From contig CP147778.1 in the NCBI GenBank assembly GCA_037305845.1, forward strand, positions 1,344,001-1,408,000: a stretch of DNA of 64,000 nt. Reading direction: 5' to 3'. The DNA is from Candidatus Freyarchaeum deiterrae. Its GTDB lineage: Archaea; Asgardarchaeota; Jordiarchaeia; Jordiarchaeales; Jordiarchaeaceae. Both the position numbers and the translations under genes were made by a program. The notes below the pieces were generated by a model. That model saw nothing but the letters and a program-made list of their open reading frames with translations, searched no databases and was not told where the DNA came from. Shown here piece by piece: positions 31,676 through 41,368 of the stretch (its first letter is position 1; every line of letters starts with the position of its first letter).

Positions 31676-32407
31676 TTACATTTGCAATAGATTATGGCTC
31701 ACTCTTTCAAGAGCCTGGCTTAGGGCCTGCCAATCTGGATTTAAGTTTACTGCTTCTTCATATTTTTCTTTAGCCTTGATTAGAAATTCTTTAGCTTCTT
31801 TCTTCTTACGCTTTTTAAGGTACTCAAGACCCATACACTCGAAGTATAATCCTTCGCACTTTATCTTGTCAACTTTGGCGAGTTTTTCTTCGTAGGGATT
31901 TTCAAGGGCTGCTTGGAGTTTTTCTTTACTTGAATATTTCTCGCGGGCTTCTTTGAAGTATTCCGCAGCCTTTTCTAGGTTTTTATTCTGAATCTCAATT
32001 TGGGCTAGGCACTCAAGTCTTATCGCTTCGAGCCCGTGTAATCCAGCCTCGAGTTCCAAGGGAAGGTCTTTATCTTTAAACTGTTTTTCCTTCACCAATT
32101 CTTTTACAGTAGTTATTGCTGTTTTTATATCTTCTATGGCTTTAGTGTAACTATTTGCGGCGGATTCATAGTCACGCATTTTGAAGTTTAAATGGTCTGC
32201 GATTGACTGGTGATAATAGGAACGAGCCTGATAGAGATTTCCTATAGCAGTGTTTTGAAGCGGCTCGTCTAGTTCCTCTTCTCTTAATTGCTCAAAGAGA
32301 TCTACAGCCTTCTTAAAGTGATTGGAAGCTTCTTGATATTCCTTGCTGCCGTGCGCTTCCACTCCAGAGACAAACTCTGAAACTGCTTCATCAAATTTTT
32401 TACTCAT
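31676..32407 (-). CDS. TPR/SNAP-like helical repeat protein
   Basis: YQEASNHFKKA, YESAANSYTKA, LEKAAEYFKEA, YEEAVNLNPD. Confidence 0.75.
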   Translation of the reverse strand: MSKKFDEAVSEFVSGVEAHGSKEYQEASNHFKKAVDLFEQLREEELDEPLQNTAIGNLYQARSYYHQSIADHLNFKMRDYESAANSYTKAIEDIKTAITTVKELVKEKQFKDKDLPLELEAGLHGLEAIRLECLAQIEIQNKNLEKAAEYFKEAREKYSSKEKLQAALENPYEEKLAKVDKIKCEGLYFECMGLEYLKKRKKKEAKEFLIKAKEKYEEAVNLNPDWQALSQALERVSHNLLQM

Positions 32408-32524
32408 CGAAGCTTACAACCTTTTCCTCTTTTTCGTAATATATAATATCGAGGAAGTATTTTTGGATATCCATAGAATCTGTGTTTAAATTTTTAAAAT
32501 GGTTAATCTAGGTAAAAATAGTTT

Positions 32525-35500
32525 CTAAGTGTCGGTTTTAAGCCACGATATTAATTCCTGTAAGTCTCTTTCTACAGTATAAGTTTGGCGTGGAATTTTC
32601 GCGTTAGATGCTTCCATTATCTCTGTGAGAAAGGCATTAAGGTTGCTGAGGCATCCCATTATAAGTGGGATTCTCCATTGGCTATTCAGATTTTCAGCCT
32701 CCTCAAGGTCCTTATCGTGGAGAAATAGGACAACAACTCGGTTGGACTTCAAAAATAGTTTTTGAAATATGTTTTTCAGTTCATTATCATCAGGAATGTG
32801 TGTGATTAATTTCAGAATATGGGAGTCGATTTGCCCGTCTGCCCCAGTTTCAGGATCTCTTTTTACTGTCCAGTTGATACCCTTTTTGAAGCACCACTCT
32901 TCTAGGTTGTCTTTTAAGTATTTATCCTGTACACTTTCGTACTTGAGTCCAGTTTTGGAGTAGTATAACGGAATGTTGGCTTTGTTTCCAACGACTGGGA
33001 CATATATTCTTTGGATTTCTAAATCTTCACCTAAGGCTTCGAGTATAATTTTGTTAACAGTTTTGGGGGGAAGACCTGTTACTCTAGATATGTAAGTATC
33101 CGTTAGGTACACTTCGTTCTCAAGCACTTGGGAAATCTTATTCACAAAAGCTGCTATCTGCTCCCTACTAAGATTGTAGTTTAATTTATACGGCGTTTTG
33201 GTTGGGTTACGGAATCCTCTAAAAAGTTGATCTGCGGTTATAAAATCGTCTTTCAATAGGGAGTTTTGGTTCTCGGAATCTAGGTTATCCTGAATTTCTT
33301 CTTTGGGTTTTTTAGAAAGAGTTGTTGTTTTAAGCTTTCTTTTAATATGATCCTCTTGAAGTTGAGAGATAGGTTTTTCCTTGGCTACTAGGTTTTTGTC
33401 GTAGTCGGGGTAAAGTGTTATTGAGTTCTCTGTTCCTGGAATTACCATTAAAGCCTTCTCATGAACGCTTTCTATTTTCCCCGATTTAATTCCGGTCAGT
33501 TCAGGTTCATTCTCAGCCCCACTAATAGTGTCAAAAATAATTTTATAACTGGAATCCAAATTGCTGAAGCAATTGAAATCTTGAGGATGCAAAGCGGTAA
33601 AAATTAGGCCTTCGCTGGTACTCAGTGGTGTAGACTTATCAAAAATCATCTTGATAAGGAAATTAATCAGTTCCGAGTTATTTTCGGGACTATTTATTAC
33701 AGTTATATGTTTAGTTCCATCCTCATCCTTGGTTAAATTATTGAAAAGGCGCATCATAATGTAGGTCAATAGAAATTTAAGTTCTCCAGTGTCTACTTTG
33801 GGTATGGTCTGTTTTAAATTGATAACTAAACGTTCATTAGTCAGTTTTCTTAAATCTATATTTGAATCCCCGCTGGTGAAGACATTGCCCAGAATACCGT
33901 GCTGAAGACTATGAAGCAGGGTTACAAGCTTCCGGATAACCGACTCTTTCTGAGAATTTTTACATTCTATTATTTCATCGAATGCCTTGTTCAGATCCAT
34001 AAGTCCCTGCTTATGTCTATCCATACTACAGAAATGGCTCAAAATTCTTTGGACTGAGCTCTCCAAGTGACCAAAATCGGTTTCAAAAATTTTTTTGAAG
34101 ACACTAATCAAGAATGATGCTTGTTCATCTGGTGATTTTTCGCTGGGATCAAAGAGGTTGATTCTTAGTGGTTCTGAATCGGAGTTGGGAGTAAAAAATG
34201 AAATTGAATCATCATGCAAGTCTTTTAGTTTTGCAAATTCACCATTAAAATCTAAAACTATCCAAGGTTTGGAAATTTTTTGGATAAGACTTAATGCGAA
34301 ACGAGTTTTTCGATCGGAATCACCAAAAATAATCAAGTGTTTTGTAAAATCATCATAATCCATCCACACTGGTACAGAGCGCCCACTCAGAGTGGTTTTA
34401 CCCAACAAAACTCTGTTATTTTCAAAATCTTTAATTTTTATTTCACTATTGGGAATCTTCACAGGAGGCTTCACCTTCCCTCCTATACTCTGGTTGGGAA
34501 TTCTCAAATAGGTACCCAAATTTTGGATGCAAAAAACTTCTCTTTCCGGGAGTAGCCGCCTGCAGATTATGCGGTGCAAGAATTTCATGGTATCGTCTGA
34601 GTCTAAAAAATCTACACCCACCCTCTTTTTAATTCCAGACCAAGCTGCACTGGCAGCATCGCTCACCCTGTTCGCGTGATTCTTAACACTCTCGAGAGAG
34701 GAACCCCTCACAACCAAGTAAGGGGAGGTTTCCAAGTATTTCACGGGAAGTTTACCGTTAACTTGAATACGAACTTTTAAATCCTTCCTTAATGCATACT
34801 CAGAATCACTTGCTTTTATAAATCGGAAAGGAACAACAAAACTGACATCCATATCTAAGTTTTGAATGGAATTCACAAAGAGATCCATGCATCCCTGATC
34901 TAATGACCCGTAGTCGGGAAAACCCTTCAAAGCAATGACGGTAGCATAAGTAGCACTTTTTTCCGCCTCAAGAAGCAAAACGTTTTTTTCACCCTTAATC
35001 TTATGAACACTGGTGAAGTATTCTCCTCCTACCATGTCCAAGAAGGTATCTTCCAATACGTCATAACGCATCTTTACATAATTAGTATTTAGGTTAAAAG
35101 AGGTAAGTATAGATTGCACCTCTGCATCCAATTCTTCTTCACTAAAAGACCCTCGGGTAAAAATATAGAAGCAAGTAGAAATCCTTTTTCCATTAATGGT
35201 TACTTCATATGCTAATTCCATCTTCTCATTCAATTCATCGAAAAGCAGAAAATTTTTGTAAGAAGGAAGTTCAGAATTCTTTCCACTTGGACTTGGAAAC
35301 AATTGGAAGACAGACTCCTCCGCAACAGTGCTTTTTCCCTTAAGCAACTTAACCTTATCCTGCGTAAGCAGATACTGAGAAAATGATACCTTTCCGTCAG
35401 AGAAAACGATACCAAAAAATACCATGAAAAGCAAGGAAAATGATCCCAAATGAAAGGAACAAGGTAAGCTAAAACGTTGCAAAAAAGGAACAACTATGGA

Positions 35501-35617
35501 TAGCTGATTAACATAAAGTAGGGACAAAAATGGCATATATCCACTGAAATGTAATAAAACAGTAATACACAGAGCATAATACATTTTAAACACGAACCCT
35601 TCTGCTAATCCAATCAA
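32525..35617 (-). CDS. VirB4/HerA (DUF87)-like protein with degenerate P-loop; start uncertain
   Basis: VLLGKT...KHLIIFGDSDRKTR, WIVLDFNGEF, LRINLFD; Walker A and B corrupted; hydrophobic N-terminus; HTH-like C-terminal region. Confidence 0.7.
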   Translation of the reverse strand: MIGLAEGFVFKMYYALCITVLLHFSGYMPFLSLLYVNQLSIVVPFLQRFSLPCSFHLGSFSLLFMVFFGIVFSDGKVSFSQYLLTQDKVKLLKGKSTVAEESVFQLFPSPSGKNSELPSYKNFLLFDELNEKMELAYEVTINGKRISTCFYIFTRGSFSEEELDAEVQSILTSFNLNTNYVKMRYDVLEDTFLDMVGGEYFTSVHKIKGEKNVLLLEAEKSATYATVIALKGFPDYGSLDQGCMDLFVNSIQNLDMDVSFVVPFRFIKASDSEYALRKDLKVRIQVNGKLPVKYLETSPYLVVRGSSLESVKNHANRVSDAASAAWSGIKKRVGVDFLDSDDTMKFLHRIICRRLLPEREVFCIQNLGTYLRIPNQSIGGKVKPPVKIPNSEIKIKDFENNRVLLGKTTLSGRSVPVWMDYDDFTKHLIIFGDSDRKTRFALSLIQKISKPWIVLDFNGEFAKLKDLHDDSISFFTPNSDSEPLRINLFDPSEKSPDEQASFLISVFKKIFETDFGHLESSVQRILSHFCSMDRHKQGLMDLNKAFDEIIECKNSQKESVIRKLVTLLHSLQHGILGNVFTSGDSNIDLRKLTNERLVINLKQTIPKVDTGELKFLLTYIMMRLFNNLTKDEDGTKHITVINSPENNSELINFLIKMIFDKSTPLSTSEGLIFTALHPQDFNCFSNLDSSYKIIFDTISGAENEPELTGIKSGKIESVHEKALMVIPGTENSITLYPDYDKNLVAKEKPISQLQEDHIKRKLKTTTLSKKPKEEIQDNLDSENQNSLLKDDFITADQLFRGFRNPTKTPYKLNYNLSREQIAAFVNKISQVLENEVYLTDTYISRVTGLPPKTVNKIILEALGEDLEIQRIYVPVVGNKANIPLYYSKTGLKYESVQDKYLKDNLEEWCFKKGINWTVKRDPETGADGQIDSHILKLITHIPDDNELKNIFQKLFLKSNRVVVLFLHDKDLEEAENLNSQWRIPLIMGCLSNLNAFLTEIMEASNAKIPRQTYTVERDLQELISWLKTDT

Positions 35618-36007
35618 GTCCTAAAGATCGACTTGTTTAAAGTTTTTCAATATAGTTTCTAGATATCAGAAAAGCTTGTGTAACAGCTCTTCTCAAATAA
35701 ATATCATTAAAAAGATATTTAAAATCCACAAAAAAAATACAATTTTATCCAATATCTAAAACCATGGACTAAAATTTATAATACACAATTCTGATTCTCA
35801 ATCCAGATACGAAAAGAAGTATTTAAAGATAAGACAGAGATACTAAAGAACAGGGCATGGAATGTGTGCCCTCGCCTATTATAACTCTATTAACATAAGT
35901 TACCAGCTTAATCATTTAACTATAGTCTAAGAATAAAAATATTAAACATAAATTAAATTCCTTTTTCCAAGTAAAAAAACGCTAAATTGTTGGCAACACT
36001 ATTCGAT

Positions 36008-36568
36008 TCAAGTTTCTTCGTCCAGTTCTTTTTTATTTTTGGATTTAGAGCCGGGGCGTACCCAGTCCCAGACCCAGGCCAGCATCTCGAAGAATTCCAT
36101 GACCTTTTTCTGGGCGTCGGGGTTGTCTCCCGCGATGGCTTTGGCTAGTCGTTCTTTTTCCAGGTTTAGGAGGTCTCGGAAGTAGTCGAAGTGGCTTCCC
36201 GCGTAGGCTACGATTTCCTTCAGCAGGGTCACAGAGTCCCTCTCATAGTAGTCTCTCAAAAATTCGAGCAAAGACGTGCGGAATTCATCCCTCAGATTCG
36301 TGAATAGTTCTGATTTCTGGAACTCTGCGAAGAATTTGTTTGTCCACGCCACCTCGCGGTCAGCGAACGCTGAGTCGCCGATGCCGAACGCCAACAGTCT
36401 GGCGGCGGACTCGTTGAAGGAATACCCGTAACGATGCGCGTACTTCCAGATCTTCTCGTACATGTCTCTGGGAACCCGCAGAGTAACCTTAACCAGTTCC
36501 TCAGGCTCAAACCTTCTAGGCTTACCCGGCATAAAAAACACCCCGATAAAGTCCGTATAAACACTCAA
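36008..36568 (-). CDS. Protein with N-terminal ribbon-helix-helix (Arc/CopG-like) domain
   Basis: VKVTLRVPRDMYEKIWKYAHRYGYSFNESAARLL; real start may be MPGK. Confidence 0.7.
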   Translation of the reverse strand: MSVYTDFIGVFFMPGKPRRFEPEELVKVTLRVPRDMYEKIWKYAHRYGYSFNESAARLLAFGIGDSAFADREVAWTNKFFAEFQKSELFTNLRDEFRTSLLEFLRDYYERDSVTLLKEIVAYAGSHFDYFRDLLNLEKERLAKAIAGDNPDAQKKVMEFFEMLAWVWDWVRPGSKSKNKKELDEET

Positions 36569-36759
36569 AAATAATTAAAACTCCAATATAAACATTGTTA
36601 AAAAAGCAATAGTGTATTTTACACTGTTTCCATTACTTTTCTTTGGAGTTAAAATCAATAAATTGCAAAATTTGAAGTTTTATAATAAAAAAAAGATAGG
36701 GAATTTGAGCCACCAAACTTCACTTCCGCCTTTAACCCCTTAGCCTATTGATGATTCTT

Positions 36760-37092
36760 CTAGATTGAGCTGCCTGTATCCTCTCTTTCTTCTCGGGTTC
36801 TTTTAACCCGACGTCTGACTGGGGGTTGGGGGGCGGTGCTTTGTCTGCTGAGCCGAATCCTTACGCGGCCGTACGCGAATACAGTGAATCCTCCGACCCA
36901 AACCACAGCCAATCCTATTAGCGACGTGAAGAGTATAGGTAGTGTGGATACTCCGTTAAGCCCGGTTCCTATCACCATCGAGAGCAACAGACCCACCACG
37001 AAAGCTATGACGGTTACTACCATTAGAATCCAGCCCCAAAGGCTGAGCCGTTCAAACAACTCGATATTAGCCATATCTCTCAAGACCTCCAA
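36760..37092 (-). CDS. Small two-TM membrane protein with basic tail
   Basis: Two hydrophobic helices, Arg-rich C-terminus; 19 bp downstream of the solenoid gene. Confidence 0.7.
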   Translation of the reverse strand: MEVLRDMANIELFERLSLWGWILMVVTVIAFVVGLLLSMVIGTGLNGVSTLPILFTSLIGLAVVWVGGFTVFAYGRVRIRLSRQSTAPQPPVRRRVKRTREEREDTGSSI

Positions 37093-37111
37093 ACTTCATT
37101 TCTCACTCACT

Positions 37112-40100
37112 TTATGTGTTCTCTCTGCCTTTGCTGAAAAGCCTCTTGAATGCGTCTCTCAGGCGTGCGCCTTGGTTCTTTAGGATGATCAGCATTACGC
37201 CAGGCATTTGAACCAGCATCCGCCTGTCCTGGTATCCTATGTAGATGCCTCTGGCCACCACGAAGATTGTGCCTATGGCCATTATGCCTAGTGCTAATAG
37301 TGCCAGTGGGTTAAATATTAGAGATATGTGTGGGACTGGTATTCCGCTCAGGGATGCGCTGTTCATTTCGAGGATTGTTGATGATGAAATCGAGGGAGTA
37401 CTGCTTGTGTAAAGTGTGCCCGATAGGCCGACTACACCGTTAATCACGACTCCGGAGGGTGTTACGCTCATGGAGCCTATGATGTTGGTGCCTCCGTTGA
37501 TTATGGTCGTACCGGACATTACGGTGTTTCCGGTGATGGTCATTACGCCGTTGATTGTTCCCAGGCCGCCCATGCTCATGATGCCGTCGGTTACCATTAA
37601 GCCGGTCATACTCATGGGCATCGCTATCTTGAAGTTGCCGTTCATGGTCACCATTCCAGCGTTTGTTACTGTTCCGGACACGTCAATCTTGTCGCTGGTG
37701 ATGCTGGTTTCGCTGTGGATTGTGGTTCCAGTTGTACTCATGACTATTGTACCGTTTACCGTTACCGCTCCGTTGGTCAGGGTCATGCTTCCGACGGTTT
37801 GCATGTAGCCGCTGGATACCGCTATGGTTCCGGTTCCGCTCATTGAGCCGCCGTTGATGTTCAGGTTCGTGTTGGATATGGTAACCGGTCCGTTAATGGT
37901 GCTGCTTCCCATCGTGAAGAATGCGCCCTTTATTGTGGTGAGGCCGGTGATCGTGGTGGTTCCCTGGGTAGTTATCTGTTCGCCGGTTACGGTGATGGTA
38001 TTGCCCATGATGAACGAGCCGGTGGAGTTCATAACCATGGTGATTGTGCCCGGTAGGTTTATCTCACCGCTGGTTACGGTCATGGATCCATCGGTTTCCA
38101 TTGTGCTGATGTTGCTTATGAGGGGGTTGATTGGGTTGATGGTTATGGTTAGGTAGCCTGTGGTTTGGCCGTTGTTTACATCCATGTTGCCCTGAACGGT
38201 TATCGAGGAGTTGCCCTGAAGGTAGTTGTATCCCGAGAGTCCGATAGTATCACTTTTTATTTTGGCAGTGCCGGTAAAGTTGATGTTTCCGTTGACCGCG
38301 GTTGAGACCGTGGTTGAGCCGCCCATTATGAATGAGCCTGAAGAGTTCATAACCATGTGGCCGCCCGTGATGTTTATCGCACCATTGGCTATGTTCATGG
38401 TTCCCGTGGTATTCATAACACCGTTAGGCAGGTTGAGCGTGGCTACAATCAGGTTTCCAGTCATATAGTTGAGCCCATTGATTCCGATGTCGCCGGTTAT
38501 TGAGGCGTTGCCGTTGAAGTCAACGTTTCCAGTGACACTGATAGGGTAGCCCGTGATAAATGAATCTGTGTTGTTCATATCCATGGTACCGTTTGAGATA
38601 CTTATCGCACCACCGGTTATGTTCATGTTTCCCGTGGTGTCCATCACACCGTTCGTCAGACTGAACAGTGAAGATGTAATGCTAATGTTCCCCTGCATGT
38701 TGTTGTGTCCCGAGAGTCCAATAGTATCACTTTTTATTGTAGCTATGCCGTTGAAGTTGATGTTTCCGGTGACCGCTATATCGCTGCCTATGATAAACGA
38801 GCCTGTGGAGTTCATAACCATGTGGCCGACCGAGATGCTTATATTACCACCGAGTATGTTCATAATTCCGTTGGTGTTCATAGTACCGATGGGCAGGCTG
38901 AGCGTATCTACGGTAATACTATTATTTCCCTGCATGTAGTTGAGCCCATTGATTCCGATTCCGCCGGTTATTGAGGCGCTGCCTTTGAAGTCAACGTTTC
39001 CAGTGACACTGATAGGGTAGCCCGTGATAAATGAACCTGATGAATTCATAACCATGTGTCCAGTTTGAACGTTTATTAAACCGTTGGCTATGTTCATGTT
39101 TCCCGTGGTGTCCATCACACCATTCGTCAGGGTGAGCAGTGGAGATAAAATGCTAATGCTGATGTTTCCCTGCATATTGTTGTGTCCCGAGATTCCGATG
39201 TTGTCGCCGGTTATTGAGGCGTTGCCGTTGAAGTCAACGTTTCCGGTGATATTGATAGTGTTGCCTGTTATGTATGAGTCGGTGTTATCCATGGTCATGT
39301 TTCCGTTGGGGATGCTTATCGCACCACCGGTTATATTCATGTTTCCCGTGGTGTCCATCACACCATTAGTCAGACTGAACAGTGGGGATATAAGCGGCGG
39401 GGATATAATGTTGATGTTTCCCTTCATGTTGTTGTGTCCGGTGATTTCTATGTCGCCTTTGATGGAGATGTTTCCTGTTTGGATCATGGTGCCTGTGGCG
39501 GTTAGTGTGCCGTTAACTATCTTGGTTATGTTGTTAACGGTGGTTCCGGTGACAGTTAGGGAGCCGTTTGTCATGGTGGTGTTTCCCTGTCCGTTAACTA
39601 CCTGTTGCTGGGTTGTTACGTTCATTACCGCTTTGGGGTACTGTGGGCTGGATGTTACACTGAAGCCCGCGTTGGATGAAGCGTTTTGTAACTGGAAGAA
39701 CATGGTGTCATTGGATGACATCTGGACATAGCTGTCATACATGAGGACCACACCCGGGTACAATGCGAACGAGGGACCCCAAGCCTGAAATATGGTGCCG
39801 TTTGACCACGACAGGGAGCTCATGGGGGTTATCGGAGTAATGAATGCGCTTAGGAGCAACCCGTTGGTGTTATTGTTGAATTGCCCGTCGGCTTGGAGTT
39901 GGCTTATGTTGGCTATGCCGTTGTACGGTGGTCCTGCTATAGGAATGGTATATGACATACTTCCAAGACCTGGGGGGTATGCTTCGAACAAGATTATCTG
40001 GTTTGTGATGAAGATGTATGTGGGAATGCCGACAGTACCTCCTATCGTGGCTGTGCCGTAGATTAAGAGTGTTCCGCTGGTTACTTTTATGGCGTCCAGA

Positions 40101-40723
40101 ATGTTGAGGGGTAAATCGTTTTGGCCTCTGGTGCTTCCTATGTATCCGCTTCCGCTGGCGTTAACGTACTGGGTGAAGTTGCTCATGTAAAGGACTACGT
40201 TTGGGTTACCGATTGTTGTGTTTCCGCAGAGGGTCACTACTGTGGGGTTCTCCGAGGATCCGTGCAGGGTTATGCTGTCGTTTACAGCGGTGGGGCTGTT
40301 TATGTTTATGCTGTCTGCGATTATGTTCATGGTTCCGTTTGAGGATAGTGGCCCGAGGATTAAACTGTCAAAACTTGAGATGTTCAGAAGCCCGCTTAGC
40401 GAGGTGGTGCCGAGGTTGGTCAGGTTTCCGATCAGGGTCATGCCGCCGCCGTTGCTGCCGCTTCCGGTGCCAGCCAGAGTTGTTAATATCTGGTTAATGT
40501 CCCCTGGGGATATTCCACCACCACCGCCGGGGTTTACACTATTCGCCTGCGGTGTTAGTAAAGGATAGGTTTTATTTTGGCTTGATGCTGCTAGGGGTAT
40601 GGCAATAATACAGGCTAAAATTAGGATTGCTGAGAAAGCTAACAGAGTGTGTTTGGTTTTGCCTCTAAGGATTCTTGATTTTCCCTTGTATTGTGTTGTG
40701 TTATTTCTATTGTTTCCGTCCAC
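37112..40723 (-). CDS. Large membrane-anchored G/T/N/I/M-rich repetitive beta-solenoid surface protein
   Basis: Basic N-terminus plus hydrophobic signal/TM, very low charge, roughly 6-residue Gly periodicity, internal 75-80-aa repeats, C-terminal TM and basic tail. Confidence 0.8.
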   Translation of the reverse strand: MDGNNRNNTTQYKGKSRILRGKTKHTLLAFSAILILACIIAIPLAASSQNKTYPLLTPQANSVNPGGGGGISPGDINQILTTLAGTGSGSNGGGMTLIGNLTNLGTTSLSGLLNISSFDSLILGPLSSNGTMNIIADSININSPTAVNDSITLHGSSENPTVVTLCGNTTIGNPNVVLYMSNFTQYVNASGSGYIGSTRGQNDLPLNILDAIKVTSGTLLIYGTATIGGTVGIPTYIFITNQIILFEAYPPGLGSMSYTIPIAGPPYNGIANISQLQADGQFNNNTNGLLLSAFITPITPMSSLSWSNGTIFQAWGPSFALYPGVVLMYDSYVQMSSNDTMFFQLQNASSNAGFSVTSSPQYPKAVMNVTTQQQVVNGQGNTTMTNGSLTVTGTTVNNITKIVNGTLTATGTMIQTGNISIKGDIEITGHNNMKGNINIISPPLISPLFSLTNGVMDTTGNMNITGGAISIPNGNMTMDNTDSYITGNTINITGNVDFNGNASITGDNIGISGHNNMQGNISISILSPLLTLTNGVMDTTGNMNIANGLINVQTGHMVMNSSGSFITGYPISVTGNVDFKGSASITGGIGINGLNYMQGNNSITVDTLSLPIGTMNTNGIMNILGGNISISVGHMVMNSTGSFIIGSDIAVTGNINFNGIATIKSDTIGLSGHNNMQGNISITSSLFSLTNGVMDTTGNMNITGGAISISNGTMDMNNTDSFITGYPISVTGNVDFNGNASITGDIGINGLNYMTGNLIVATLNLPNGVMNTTGTMNIANGAINITGGHMVMNSSGSFIMGGSTTVSTAVNGNINFTGTAKIKSDTIGLSGYNYLQGNSSITVQGNMDVNNGQTTGYLTITINPINPLISNISTMETDGSMTVTSGEINLPGTITMVMNSTGSFIMGNTITVTGEQITTQGTTTITGLTTIKGAFFTMGSSTINGPVTISNTNLNINGGSMSGTGTIAVSSGYMQTVGSMTLTNGAVTVNGTIVMSTTGTTIHSETSITSDKIDVSGTVTNAGMVTMNGNFKIAMPMSMTGLMVTDGIMSMGGLGTINGVMTITGNTVMSGTTIINGGTNIIGSMSVTPSGVVINGVVGLSGTLYTSSTPSISSSTILEMNSASLSGIPVPHISLIFNPLALLALGIMAIGTIFVVARGIYIGYQDRRMLVQMPGVMLIILKNQGARLRDAFKRLFSKGRENT
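38200..39440 (-). repeat. Intragenic tandem repeats (about 235-bp units, 471-bp higher-order unit)
   Basis: caacgtttccagtgacactgatagggtagcccgtgataaatgaa at 38521 and 38992; ttcatgtttcccgtggtgtccatcacacc occurs three times. Confidence 0.9.
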
Positions 40724-41046
40724 CTTTTTTTTTCTCCTTTCTCCATTTTTTATTGTTTTTTGAATTTTGCTTTATAAGTAAGGCAAATAAGTAGAAAATA
40801 TGCCCTCCTTATTAATTCAAGGATTTGCTTTGCCTTTCTATTTAAATTTTTCGGGAAAATGGCTTATCTTTACGGCAGTTATTCACAAGTTACCCTTATA
40901 GGAATCATAAGAGATATTGGTGCCTTCTTACCAAGGCGGTACAAGAACTGTGGTAGATGGAAGGAACTGTATAAAGATATGGAAAAGCAAAAAAGAAGAG
41001 TAAAGTTAAATCTTCATGGAAAATGAAAGGATATGGAAGGCTTAGA

Positions 41047-41328
41047 ATGAGTGAAAAAGTAGTTTCTTCTGAACTTGTCGAAAGAAAGAAGGAGATAATT
41101 CCTAGACTAGCGAAAAAATTTCGTATATCTGAAGAAAAGGCGACGAAATTCCTCAAGTTAGCTGTAGAAGACTGCGCAAGGTCAAAATACAGACTTAGCG
41201 TAACCAACGACACTATTTCAGGACAGCCTGACAAAATAAAAGAAATGATAAAAGAAATAGAAAATTGGACTGACGACGAATTCGATAAGGAAGATTTCGA
41301 AATAATAGGCTACTGCAAGAACTTATAG
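41047..41328 (+). CDS. Small hypothetical protein
   Basis: Soluble ORF with acidic C-terminus WTDDEFDKEDFEIIGYC; ATG at 41047 more likely than 41023. Confidence 0.6.
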   Translation: MSEKVVSSELVERKKEIIPRLAKKFRISEEKATKFLKLAVEDCARSKYRLSVTNDTISGQPDKIKEMIKEIENWTDDEFDKEDFEIIGYCKNL

Positions 41329-41368
41329 GTTAAGTAGCAAAGTGAATATTGGTTTGGAGTTCCACCAG

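Noticed and set aside
37416-40568. Series of + strand Met/Pro/Val-rich ORFs and periodic DNA repeats considered as separate genes or a CRISPR array
   Set aside because: Antisense of the solenoid gene; the repeats are in-frame coding units without unique spacers
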